Source of the DNA: Candidatus Latescibacterota bacterium
GTDB taxonomy: Bacteria; Latescibacterota; UBA2968; SICM01
Assembly: GCA_965217865.1 (NCBI GenBank)
Contig: CBDCJO010000001.1
Span: forward strand, 320,001-384,000
DNA: 64,000 nt
Direction: 5' to 3'
The notes below the pieces were generated by a model, which had not been told where the DNA came from, searched no databases, and worked only from the letters and a program-made list of their open reading frames with translations. A program made the translations under genes and the position numbers. Positions within the stretch are counted from its first letter, which is position 1, and each line of letters opens with the position of its first letter. Positions 9,322 to 18,828 of the stretch are shown here, one piece after another.

Positions 9322-9624
9322 TTGGCGGAGGACTACAGAAGCGGCAGCGCGGGCCAGAGCGAGACTATGGCCCGAACCGCTGAAAGTCGCTCCTGGAGCG
9401 GCCTCCGGCGGTTTTTATCCACAGGCAACCGTGATTCTAGGAAGGTTTCCCCGCTGAAAGTGGAAACACATACAAGTAATAAGACAAGTAGTAGCAGTGC
9501 CCGTGGAAGTTCAGCAACAAACTTCGCTGGATATGGGTGGATGCTTGGATTTCTGGTCGTAGGTTTAGCATTGTCTCCAGTATTCTACAAGATTGTGAGC
9601 ATGTTCATCGAAAACACCCCTTAA
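9322..9624 (+). CDS. Small hypothetical membrane protein
   Basis: C-terminal TM segment; start uncertain. Confidence 0.35.
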   Translation: MAEDYRSGSAGQSETMARTAESRSWSGLRRFLSTGNRDSRKVSPLKVETHTSNKTSSSSARGSSATNFAGYGWMLGFLVVGLALSPVFYKIVSMFIENTP

Positions 9625-9840
9625 GGAAGTTGACCTTATCCAAAGCACCCCTTGAGGAACGACCGAAGGCGTCCGGCTGTTGTACTTGTAGCATGCTTCG
9701 GCAACTTTGCCGCAAAAGGGTACTTATGTCAAATTTTAACATAACTAGTACTTAGCTGCGCAAGTTTCTGCGTGCGAATCCGCTCTTAACATCCTGTTTT
9801 TGCTACGAAATCAGATTGCGCAAATTTCCGCAGGTTGGTA

Positions 9841-11067
9841 CTAGAAAATTTGACCTTGACCGCCCTCCGCGTTCAGATAGGCCGCCCAATCGTCCATGAG
9901 CTTGCGGCGGAGGTCGAACAGGTCTGAACGCGCATAGGCCGCCTCGGCCTTGTCCTTGATGACATGCGCCAGCGCCTCCTCCATGACGGCGCGCGACGCG
10001 TCGGTGCATTCCGACGCCCAGTCGCGGAAGCTCGACCGGAACCCGTGAGGCACCGCCGGAATGCCGAGTTCCCGCAGCAGCTTGGAAAGTGTTGCGTCTG
10101 ACAGCGGTTTGCTATATCTTATACCGGAAAATACCAGACCAGTCTCATCCTGGGCGAGAGTCCGCGCTACACTCAGGACTTCCAGCGCCCGCCCGGACAG
10201 CGGCACCCGGTGGGAACGCTTCGCCTTCATGCGCTCGCCGGGGATGGTCCACTGGCGGGCTTCCAGGTAGATTTCGTCCCACCGGGCCAAGCGAACCTCG
10301 CCCGAACGGCACGCCGTCAGCACCAGGAACTCGAAGGCCAGCTTCGCGGTCATGGAAGCTTCCGAAGCCCGCACCGCCTCTATCGCGTCTGCAACCTGGC
10401 TGTGGGGAAGCGCCCGCTGGTGGCACTTGATGCCGGCATGCCGGGGCAGGGCCGCGCCTATCGCGTCGCCGGCGGGGTTGTCTTGCCGCAAGCCTTGCGC
10501 CACGGCCCACTTCATCACCGCGCCGATACGCTGACGCACCCGCCGCGCGGTCTCCGGCTTCTCGTGCCAGATCCGCGTCAGCACCGACATCACGTCCGCC
10601 GTGGTCACGTCCGACACCGAACACCGGCCCAGGCGCGGGAACACGTACTGGCGTAGCGACGATTCCCATTGCGCCTCGCTCTTGCCGCCGTTCTTCCAGG
10701 AAGGCCGGTGAATTTCTATCACCCTCGCGGCGGCTTCCTCGAACGTGGGCATGCCTTGATCCTTGCGCTTCTCAGCGAGCGGGTCGCCGCCCGAGCGCGC
10801 ATGTTTGCGGTTGACAAGCGCCTGCTCGCGGGCTTCGGCCAGCGTCACCAGAGGAAAGCCGCCCAGGCCAAGCTCGCGCCGCCGTCCGCGAATCGTCAGC
10901 CGTTGCACCCAGCAGCGCGCGCCGGTGTCCGTGACCAGCAGATAGAGTCCGTGCCCGTCGCAGTACCGGCCCGGCTTCGGCACCGTTCGGACAAAGGCTG
11001 CGCTCAGCGCCTTCTCGGGATGCCGGCCGTGCTTGCGTCCGGCCTTCAATGGGGTTGGATCCGCCAT
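9841..11067 (-). CDS. P4-family tyrosine integrase with arm-binding domain
   Basis: DGHGLYLLV...RRELGLGGFPLVTLAEAR arm domain; catalytic R (TACRSGE), MKAKR.HRVPL, HGFRSSFR, LAH and AAY. Confidence 0.96.
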   Translation of the reverse strand: MADPTPLKAGRKHGRHPEKALSAAFVRTVPKPGRYCDGHGLYLLVTDTGARCWVQRLTIRGRRRELGLGGFPLVTLAEAREQALVNRKHARSGGDPLAEKRKDQGMPTFEEAAARVIEIHRPSWKNGGKSEAQWESSLRQYVFPRLGRCSVSDVTTADVMSVLTRIWHEKPETARRVRQRIGAVMKWAVAQGLRQDNPAGDAIGAALPRHAGIKCHQRALPHSQVADAIEAVRASEASMTAKLAFEFLVLTACRSGEVRLARWDEIYLEARQWTIPGERMKAKRSHRVPLSGRALEVLSVARTLAQDETGLVFSGIRYSKPLSDATLSKLLRELGIPAVPHGFRSSFRDWASECTDASRAVMEEALAHVIKDKAEAAYARSDLFDLRRKLMDDWAAYLNAEGGQGQIF

Positions 11068-11138
11068 TTCGATTCCCCTTTTGTTAGGGTTGTGTTCGTC
11101 ATTCCATTCCCCGTTATTCTCCCCTCAATTATAAGGGG

Positions 11139-11167
11139 AATATACCGAAACACGCTGGAACAGTCAA
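11139..11167 (-). promoter_or_regulatory. Putative sigma70 promoter of the integrase
   Basis: Minus strand TTGACT-17 bp-TATATT, about 70 bp upstream of the start codon. Confidence 0.55.
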
Positions 11168-11241
11168 GTTTTATTTTGTTCAATATCTCCTTTGTATACA
11201 GAATCTTACCGAAACATTCAGGAATGCGTTAGAATCGTAAA

Positions 11242-11262
11242 TGGCGGACTCCCTCTCCGCCA
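11242..11262 (+). other. Putative att site: tRNA-Ser-like 3' end within an inverted repeat
   Basis: TGGCGGA-CTCCCTC-TCCGCCA; CTCCCTCTCCGCCA resembles tRNA-Ser 3' ends; it lies between the integrase and core genes. Confidence 0.7.
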
Positions 11263-11352
11263 CAACACCGACGTGGTCTGTATATTGTCACGTTTTTTTT
11301 ATGCCCGCCCCTGAACCTCGGCCTTCACTTCAAGATTTGGAGAAGATTCGGT

Positions 11353-12387
11353 ATGGGAGAAAAAACGATTCGAATCGGAGTCATCGGGGCCGGAAAAATC
11401 GTCAGGAGCCGGCACATGCCGGGCCTGGAGAAGATCCCGGGGATTGAGGTCGTGGCCGTGTGCAATCGGACCCGCGCATCGTCCGAGAAATTTGCGAAGG
11501 AATACGACATACCCGAAGTCGTGGAACAATGGGAGGACCTGATCGATCGGTCCGACGTCGACGCCGTGCTGATCGGGACCTGGCCCTACATGCACCGCAT
11601 CCTGACCGTATCCGCGCTGGATGCCGGCAAGCACGTCTTCTGTCAGGCGCGGATGGCCATGAACTACGAAGACGCTAAAGCCATGTACCTCAGGGCGAGG
11701 CGGTCCGACAGGGTGACGATGCTCTGTCCGGCAACCCCTCCCGGCGATCCCCAGCTCCGAAAACTCCTGAACGACGGGTACGTCGGTCGCGTCTACGCGG
11801 CGGGGCTTCGGGCTTGCGACGACAGCCTGGCCGACCCGGAAACGCCTTTCATGTGGCGGATGAACCCGGATCTGTCCGGCTATAACACCATGACCCTCGG
11901 GATATTCGCCGAAAACATGCGCCGCTGGCTTGGGGACACGCGCTCTTTGTGCGCGCACGGAAAAACCTTTATCCCCGACCGCAAGGACCCGGATACGGGC
12001 CAGCGCAGGCGGGCAGGCGTGTTCGACACCCTGATGATCTCGTCCGAAGCCGAGTCGGGCGCCCTCGTGCAATACACCTTCAGCGGCGTGACCCGGTTCT
12101 CGGGACCCAACTGCGTCGAGATCTTCGGAAGCGACGGCACGATCCAATACGACCTCGAAGCAAACGAGATCAGGGGGGCTCGCAAGGGGGACAAGGAACT
12201 CTCCCTCATCCCGTTCGACGAGGTCGAAGAGAGGAACATCGAGCAGGACTTCATCGATGCGATTCGGGAGGGACGGGAGGGCCATCCGGATTTTTACGAT
12301 GGGTTGAAGTACATGGAATTCACGGAGGCCGTTTACCGGTCTGTAGAAACCGGAAAGAGGATCGATTTGCCTTTCGAGAGGATCTGA
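11353..12387 (+). CDS. Gfo/Idh/MocA family oxidoreductase
   Basis: IRIGVIGAGKI Rossmann motif; ALDAGKHVFCQARMA. Confidence 0.9.
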   Translation: MGEKTIRIGVIGAGKIVRSRHMPGLEKIPGIEVVAVCNRTRASSEKFAKEYDIPEVVEQWEDLIDRSDVDAVLIGTWPYMHRILTVSALDAGKHVFCQARMAMNYEDAKAMYLRARRSDRVTMLCPATPPGDPQLRKLLNDGYVGRVYAAGLRACDDSLADPETPFMWRMNPDLSGYNTMTLGIFAENMRRWLGDTRSLCAHGKTFIPDRKDPDTGQRRRAGVFDTLMISSEAESGALVQYTFSGVTRFSGPNCVEIFGSDGTIQYDLEANEIRGARKGDKELSLIPFDEVEERNIEQDFIDAIREGREGHPDFYDGLKYMEFTEAVYRSVETGKRIDLPFERI

Positions 12388-13832
12388 TGGATGTGCTCCG
12401 CTTCTCTCCATCCCCCACCGGCGCCCTTCACGTCGGTGGCGTTCGCACGGCGCTGTTGAACTGGCTCCACGCCAGGCATTACGGAGGAAAGGTCCTCGTT
12501 CGGATCGAGGACACGGATCAAGAGCGTTCGGACCTGAAGTCGGTTGAAGTCATCCTGGACGGATTCCGATGGCTCGGTATCGATTTCGACGGGGAACCGG
12601 TCTTCCAATCCCGCAACGTGGAGACGCACCGTCGTTACGTCCGGGCCATGCTGGAGACGGGTCACGCTTACACCTGCTACTGTTCCCCCGAAGTCCTGGA
12701 AGAAAAGCGAAAGCAGGCGATGGCCGAGAAACGGCAGCCGAAATATGACGGGACCTGCCGGGACCTGACATCCGATCAGCGAGCAAAGCAAGAAGCGAAG
12801 GGCATACCCGGAGTCGTCCGTCTTCGGGTACCCGATGGGGAAACCGTCTGGAACGACCTTGTGCGTGGGGAGAGCCGCAGGTCGAACGACGTGCTCGACG
12901 ACCTGATCCTGATGCGCTCGAACGGATGGCCCACCTACAACCTGGCCGTGGTGGTAGACGACCACGAGATGGGCGTGACCCTGGTCATGCGGGCGGCCGA
13001 ACACCTGTCGAACACACCCAAACAGATCCTGATCGCTAAGGCCATGGGCTTCTCACCCCCTCAATTCGCCCATCTCTGCATCATCCTCGGACCCGATAAG
13101 CGGAAGCTGAGCAAGCGCCACGGAGCTTCCTCGATCACCGATTACCGGGAACAGGGCTTTCTGCCCGAAGCGACCCTCAACTTTTTATCCCTTCTCGGGT
13201 GGTCCCCGAAAGACGGCCGTGAGAAGATGACCCTACAGGAGATGGTCGACGCCTACTCGATCGAGGGACTGAACGTAAAGGATGCCGTTTTTGACGAGCA
13301 GAAATTGGAATGGCTGAACGGGCAGCACCTCGCCGACCTGCCGATGGATCGACTCGTCAACGAAATCACACCCCTCTGGATCCAGGCGGGATTTCTTTCC
13401 GATTCCGAGATCCAGAACCGCCGCGCGTGGCTGGAACAGGTAATTACACTGTTAAAGGAGCGGTGCAAACGGCTGGTCGACTTCATCGACCGCGGCCGGT
13501 ATTTCTTCGAAGAACCCGCGACCTATGAAGAGACTGCCCGAAAGAAACACTTGTCGGATCCGGAGGTCGCGAATCGGCTGACCGAACTGGCGGACCGGTA
13601 CGAGTCCGTCGAGACCTTCGACAGGACCTCTGCCGAAGAGGAGCTCAGAGCGCTGTCGGAGTCGTTGAGCATGTCCGCGGGCAAACTGATCCACCCGACC
13701 CGCCTTGCGGTATCCGGGGTATCAGGCGGACCGGGATTATTCGAGATGCTGGAAACCCTGGGACGGGAAACCGTGGTTCGCCGAATACGGAAAGCTGTGG
13801 AATTCCTTCAAAAGGAAACGCAAACCGTATGA
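12387..13832 (+). CDS. gltX: Glutamate--tRNA ligase
   Basis: RFSPSPTGALHVGG (HIGH), RIEDTD, CYC..YDGTC and KLSKR; ATG 12387 overlaps the upstream TGA. Confidence 0.97.
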   Translation: MDVLRFSPSPTGALHVGGVRTALLNWLHARHYGGKVLVRIEDTDQERSDLKSVEVILDGFRWLGIDFDGEPVFQSRNVETHRRYVRAMLETGHAYTCYCSPEVLEEKRKQAMAEKRQPKYDGTCRDLTSDQRAKQEAKGIPGVVRLRVPDGETVWNDLVRGESRRSNDVLDDLILMRSNGWPTYNLAVVVDDHEMGVTLVMRAAEHLSNTPKQILIAKAMGFSPPQFAHLCIILGPDKRKLSKRHGASSITDYREQGFLPEATLNFLSLLGWSPKDGREKMTLQEMVDAYSIEGLNVKDAVFDEQKLEWLNGQHLADLPMDRLVNEITPLWIQAGFLSDSEIQNRRAWLEQVITLLKERCKRLVDFIDRGRYFFEEPATYEETARKKHLSDPEVANRLTELADRYESVETFDRTSAEEELRALSESLSMSAGKLIHPTRLAVSGVSGGPGLFEMLETLGRETVVRRIRKAVEFLQKETQTV

Positions 13833-13933
13833 GTGGTGAACCATTCGAAGAAGATCAAGATATGTTTTTCTTCAACCAGGCTCCTGACCCCTGTATTCTA
13901 CCTTTTTCGCTAGAGAACCCATTTATTTCCAAT

Positions 13934-13962
13934 TTGCTTTCTTCTGTTCAAAATTATATAAT
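13934..13962 (+). promoter_or_regulatory. Putative sigma70 promoter for tRNA-Gln
   Basis: TTGCTT-17 bp-TATAAT, 16 bp upstream of the tRNA. Confidence 0.6.
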
Positions 13963-13978
13963 TTACAGAAAGATTTTC

Positions 13979-14052
13979 TGCGCCCTCGTCTAATGGTAAG
14001 ACTCATGACTCTGGATCATGCTATCGGGGTTCAAATCCTCGGGGCGCAGCCA
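13979..14052 (+). tRNA. tRNA-Gln(CTG)
   Basis: Acceptor stem TGCGCCC/GGGCGCA, anticodon arm CATGA-CTCTGGA-TCATG, GGTTCAAATCC T-loop, encoded CCA. Confidence 0.97.
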
Positions 14053-14160
14053 TAAAATTCAAAGGGCTTGTTTCGCAAAAAGTTAGCGATCAAGCCCTTT
14101 CTAATTCCAAATTTGTGGGTGTTGGCCGCTCCAAACACCTATTCTTACATTCGATGTTCT

Positions 14161-15232
14161 ATGATCACCGCCCACGCCGACGTTGTCGGGAGCCTGCTTC
14201 GCCCTCCCGAACTCTTAAAGGCTCAAAAGGACCTGGCCGCCGGCATTATCTCCCGGGCCGAATTCAAAGCTGTTGAAGACCGAGCGGTCGACTGGGCTAT
14301 CATACTTCAGGAGAGGGCAGGCCTCGAGATCCTCACCGACGGCGAGATGCGCCGCCTTTCCTTTCAGAGCCAGATGACCGGTGCGGTGGACGGTTTTGGA
14401 GAATGGGACCTGGATGCTTTTTTATGGGGGGACTGGAAGGCGATGGGGACGTTGGGAATTGGCGTAAAGAACGGCCTCGCGCACCGAATGCACCCCGAAG
14501 ATCACCATTCCCAGCCCGAGCCTCTGGGTGAATTTCTGGTCCCCCGAACATTCCGTTCACGCCTATCCTACCCTCGAGGGGTTCCTGGCAGATGTCGTCG
14601 ATATATTGCGAAGAGAAGTCGCGGAGCTGATCCGCTTGGGTGCCCTATACATCCAGATCGACGCCCCCCACTACCCGCTGCTGCTCGATCCCAAAACCAG
14701 GTCCTTTTACGAAAGGAATGGATGGACCATCGAGAAATGGCTGGACCTCGGGATCGAGATGGACAATGCCGTGATCGGGGATCATTCCGATGAGATCTTT
14801 GGCATCCATCTCTGCCGGGGAAATCAGGGAAGCCGGTACCTGGCGGAAGGCGATTATGGTCCGATCGCTGCGATCTTTCGGAGAATCAAGGCCCAGCGGC
14901 TGCTGCTGGAATATGACGACGAGCGCTCCGGGTCCTTCGGCCCTCTGAAAGAAGTGCCCGAGGACAAGACAGTCGTTCTGGGATTGATCACAACCAAGTC
15001 CCCCCGTCATGAAACCCCGGAGGAACTAACCGAAAGGATCATTGATGCGAGCCGATTCGTCCCGCTCGATCGATTGGCTCTAAGCCCCCAGTGCGGTTTT
15101 TCCACATCGATCGTCGGGAATCGAATATCCATTGAGGATCAGAGACAAAAGCTGGGGGTACTGGTCGAAACGGCGAGGAGGGTGTGGGGAGGGAAGGGAA
15201 ATGAAAAATACAAATTGAAAATTTTAAAATAG
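14161..15232 (+). pseudogene. Cobalamin-independent methionine synthase II family protein, frameshifted
   Basis: HADVVGSLLRP and TDGEMRR at the N-terminus; IQIDAP, HLCRGN, LEYD and LSPQCGF in another frame; frame breaks at about 14440-14485. Confidence 0.85.
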
Positions 15233-15384
15233 GGACAGGGACAACAGCCTGCGGTGCCATACGAGGGATCTTAAATGCGTAGCTCGGGAATCGGGTAGCC
15301 GATAAATTTGTGATAAGGGCACGATGCATCGTGCCCCTACGTCTCACCTCTCACGTCTCACGGTTTTTCCTGCTACTGCCACTG

Positions 15385-16329
15385 CTACTGCTTTTCCCTT
15401 CCCCTGTCGATAGACTTCTGGATCCGGTCCAGAATCCGCATATCCGGAAGGCATGCCTTGCAGCTGGTGAGAGGCTTGCGGCCTTCCCGAATGGCACTGA
15501 AGAACTCCCGGTCCTGCATCTCCCAGCCCGGACCCTTCAGCGGCACCTCGTTTCCTTCGAAGTCCGTCAGTTTTCCTCCCTGGATCAGTAAGCTTTTCTC
15601 CTCACCGATGAATCGGGACCTCCCCACAATCGGTCCGTGGTGGTTGAAAGACAGGACCGCGCTGACAAGGCACCCCTCTTTCGATCGCATCCCCACCGTC
15701 ACGTCCATCGGAATTCCGAGCCGGGGATGATCCGGACCCACCTGGCCCCAGGCTTCGATATCCGGGTCGTCCAGAAGCCAGAAGATTAAATCAACCATAT
15801 GACATCCCTGGTGCCAGAGCAGATCATCCGTCCAGGTTCTGGGTGTTCCGAAGCGGTTGGTATTCTTTCTCCGTAGGAAATAAGTCTCCGACACGATATG
15901 ATAGAGGTGCAGTTCTCCCTCCTTCACGCGCCTGTAGATCTCCCTGTGCGCTGGATCATAGCGCTGAGTGTGGCAGACCATGCAGACCAGACCCGACTTC
16001 TCTTCCAGCTCGACCACCCGCTCCGATTCCTCCAGGCTTAATCCCATCGGAATCTCGACGAGCACGTGTTTTCCCATGTTCAGGGCCAGCTCCGTCTGAG
16101 AAGCGTGAATCTGATTCGGCGTCGTGAGCACGACGGCCTCCACCCCTGGCTGTTTCAGGCACGCCTCGAGATCCATCGAACAATGGGGAATCCCCCATTT
16201 CTTCGCGAAGGCCACGGCATCCGCCTCAATCCCCCCGGCCAGCGTCACCACTTCGACATCCTCTATATTTCGCAAAGCCCCCATATGGGTGAGACCCTGA
16301 GCGCCCTCACCTGCGAGACAGATCTTCAT
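15385..16329 (-). CDS. Gfo/Idh/MocA oxidoreductase, LigC (CHMS dehydrogenase)-like
   Basis: MKICLAG, GKHVLVEIP and GTPRTWTDDLLWHQGCHMVD resemble LigC family motifs. Confidence 0.8.
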   Translation of the reverse strand: MKICLAGEGAQGLTHMGALRNIEDVEVVTLAGGIEADAVAFAKKWGIPHCSMDLEACLKQPGVEAVVLTTPNQIHASQTELALNMGKHVLVEIPMGLSLEESERVVELEEKSGLVCMVCHTQRYDPAHREIYRRVKEGELHLYHIVSETYFLRRKNTNRFGTPRTWTDDLLWHQGCHMVDLIFWLLDDPDIEAWGQVGPDHPRLGIPMDVTVGMRSKEGCLVSAVLSFNHHGPIVGRSRFIGEEKSLLIQGGKLTDFEGNEVPLKGPGWEMQDREFFSAIREGRKPLTSCKACLPDMRILDRIQKSIDRGREKQ

Positions 16330-16589
16330 AACCGGTTCCCCTTTTTTGGGAGCATCATACATGAATCACTCAGACTCAAGACTCGGGACCCGCGACTTAC
16401 GCCTTGTGTCCGGTCCGCAGAACAATCCATTGGGATTCCCTTTATCGAAAACTAGAACCTCCAACTCCATCCTGCGCAATCTACTCGCGCCAACTTCGTA
16501 AGTCAATAAGGATCCCAGATCCTTTGGTCTTGACAATTTTAAGTTTCCGGACAATATTAGCCGGGCACTCCCCGTCAAGGAATTGAAGA

Positions 16590-17873
16590 ATGAAAAATAA
16601 CAATTTAGAATATAGAATTCCTCGCATCCTCATCCGTTCCACTGTTCCGTTTCTCCTTCTTATCTTTTTCTTTCCCACCTCCGCCCGGCCGGTTGGAGAT
16701 CTGTCCCACCTGCTGACCCTCCGTCAGGAATATAACGCAATCTCAGCTCGGATCGACAGCCTGGTCCGGGCGATGGAGGCGATCGATCCGGAGGCCCTTT
16801 CGGAGAAGCGGCTTCCCGGTCCGGATGAAGGGGCGCTGATTCCGGACGGAATGGAGGCCGTACTGATATTCTGGGCAGACGATGAGGCACGCGTCTGGTT
16901 GAACGGCTTCCTGATCGGCGAAACACGCCTGACACCGGTCGAGGTGACGATTCCCGCGCTTTATTTTCGGGCCGTCAATCGGATCACCGTCCGTTCCTGG
17001 GATACGGACTGGGTCGAGAGCGGATTTCTCTGCGGCCTCTATTTGAGGGATCGTTCCGGGCGGCTCCATCCGATACTGGGATCCGACAGGAAGTGGTCGG
17101 TAGCGGGCTCGCCCGTTCAGGAGATCACTTATGCCCATCCGGTACCCGATATCCCCGGGGGAGAGGTGATCTGGGGCCCCCAGCTTTTCGGGACCGTCCG
17201 AATGGAACGGACCTTCGACCACAAAGCGATCACGAATGCGGCCTCGAAAGCGGAACTGGACGCTGTTCTGCCCTCGGAGATTCGCAGGCAGCGGATGGAT
17301 TACCACGCCTTCCTCCAGAGCCTGGCCGTGCTGAAAGAGCGCCGGAACGAGTTGAAAACGAAAATGCAGGAAGCGGCGGCCGGAAAGCCGAACCCTACTG
17401 CTTTCAAGGGTGAAGGCAGGAGGTCCTTGAGCCTGACCCTGGGCAAGGCCGGACCCCTGCGCGAGGCGATGACGCTTCCCGTAGCAGAAGGGGTCCAGCG
17501 TTGGGCCCAGGCGCTGTCCGAGACCCAAAAAAGATTGCTCTATCCTGAACGACGGGACCTGAAAGGAGAGGAAGCCGCCAACCCCGCATTCCGGGGTGTC
17601 GGTGAGGGGGATGGAAAAAGCGGGGAACGTCAGCTTTCTTATCGTCCCCCAAGTGAGCAGGGAACGGTTCTCCCCTTGGAAACAGGAGGCGAGGAAAAAG
17701 CCACCGGAACCGGGGAAATCGGGACCGCTGGAAGCGGATCGGGGGAAGGCGATCCCCGAAAGTCCAGATTGGGACTCTGGGTCCCGACCCTGTTACTGAT
17801 GATCTACGTGGCCTACACCATTATTCGGTGGGAGGATCTAACCGGAGGGAATGCGAGGTATCCATGGAATTGA
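16590..17873 (+). CDS. Secreted/membrane-anchored protein with lectin-like beta-sandwich domain
   Basis: Signal-like segment, WADDEARVWLNG motif, coiled coil and C-terminal TM. Confidence 0.6.
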   Translation: MKNNNLEYRIPRILIRSTVPFLLLIFFFPTSARPVGDLSHLLTLRQEYNAISARIDSLVRAMEAIDPEALSEKRLPGPDEGALIPDGMEAVLIFWADDEARVWLNGFLIGETRLTPVEVTIPALYFRAVNRITVRSWDTDWVESGFLCGLYLRDRSGRLHPILGSDRKWSVAGSPVQEITYAHPVPDIPGGEVIWGPQLFGTVRMERTFDHKAITNAASKAELDAVLPSEIRRQRMDYHAFLQSLAVLKERRNELKTKMQEAAAGKPNPTAFKGEGRRSLSLTLGKAGPLREAMTLPVAEGVQRWAQALSETQKRLLYPERRDLKGEEAANPAFRGVGEGDGKSGERQLSYRPPSEQGTVLPLETGGEEKATGTGEIGTAGSGSGEGDPRKSRLGLWVPTLLLMIYVAYTIIRWEDLTGGNARYPWN

Positions 17874-17902
17874 GCTGGATGGAAGGGTTGTCGTCGATTG
17901 TC

Positions 17903-18403
17903 TTAATGGCCGTATCGGCGATGGCCGGGGCGCTGGTGATGATGCGACGGATGGACGAAATCTGCAGCTCGGAGAGCCGCTACCAACTGTAGGGGCCCTT
18001 TCTGCTCTTGACGATGATACCGAATATATTGCTCAATCACTTCAGAAGTCACCTTGTCGCCTACGGTGCGGGCAAAATAACCATCTTCCCAGAATTCTCC
18101 ACCCCATAACTCCCGTTTCACCTCTGGATGTTCTCGGAAGACCCCGCTGCCCGAAATACTCTTCAAAATGCCCACTACCTTAGAAATCGAATACCGGGGA
18201 GGAAACGACAAGAAAATATGCACATGATCTTCGGCCACTTCCATCTCTTGGATGTCAAAACCAAAATCCTCTGCTATCCGATGAAACAACTTGCCCACAT
18301 ACTCTCGAAGGTCACCTCGCAGAATCCATTTCCGATACTTCGGTGCCCATACCAGATGATACTGGCTATCATAGACTGCGTGACTGGTCCGTCGGAGTCC
18401 CAT
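17903..18403 (-). CDS. tnpA: IS200/IS605 family transposase TnpA (Y1 HUH)
   Basis: YHLVWAPKYRK, DHVHIF (HUH), FWEDGYFARTVG and YIRYH. Confidence 0.95.
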   Translation of the reverse strand: MGLRRTSHAVYDSQYHLVWAPKYRKWILRGDLREYVGKLFHRIAEDFGFDIQEMEVAEDHVHIFLSFPPRYSISKVVGILKSISGSGVFREHPEVKRELWGGEFWEDGYFARTVGDKVTSEVIEQYIRYHRQEQKGPLQLVAALRAADFVHPSHHHQRPGHRRYGH

Positions 18404-18482
18404 CGTATGCCTCCTGAGTCGATATGAGTCTCAGTGGTATGCACACGATAAGACAGCCTTTTAGCTTGCCTTCGGCAAGCTA
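17955..18482 (-). mobile_element. IS200-like element without tnpB
   Basis: Subterminal hairpins TAGCTTGCC-TTC-GGCAAGCTA (18462-18482) and GCAGCTC-GGA-GAGCCGC (about 17964-17980) bracket most of tnpA; ends approximate. Confidence 0.65.
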
Positions 18483-18828
18483 AACTTTCCTCCCCTTCCA
18501 AAGGAAGGGGTATCCAAGTTCAAATACTTTCATGAAGGGAAAGGCGAGATCCTGAGTACCTAAGAAAATGAAGGTCGTCGTCCCCTTCTCCTGCTAAGCG
18601 GGAGAAGGGGATACAGGGGATGAGGGCGTTAGAACGGACATCCTTCGCCTAAAAGCGGTACCAAATTCAAGGTTAATTCTTTAACACGCCAGTAGAAAGG
18701 ATCATTTTGATACTGAACTACAAAAACCACAGGGGCACGGCGAGAGCCGTGCCCCTGTATTTGTCCATAACATTCTGTATTTGATGTCCCCATCCTCACC
18801 CCACCTCCACTGGAACCTGCCCACCGAT

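Larger units (their letters stand above)
1..11262. mobile_element. Integrated phage-satellite (PICI/P4-like) element, right portion; left end lies outside the window
   Basis: Integrase, AlpA, primase-helicase and TerS-like genes are co-oriented on the minus strand. The region is bounded by a tRNA 3'-end-like sequence at 11249-11262, and housekeeping genes resume after it. Confidence 0.8.

Noticed and set aside
11949-12386. N-terminal extension of GltX (627-aa ORF)
   Set aside because: It overlaps the oxidoreductase gene; the GltX motif begins at ATG 12387.
13979-14052. tRNA-Gln as the integration site of the element
   Set aside because: Its 3' end does not match 11249-11262, and core genes lie in between.
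17903-18620. TnpB or other RNA-guided nuclease with the IS200 element
   Set aside because: No RuvC-like ORF is adjacent to tnpA.
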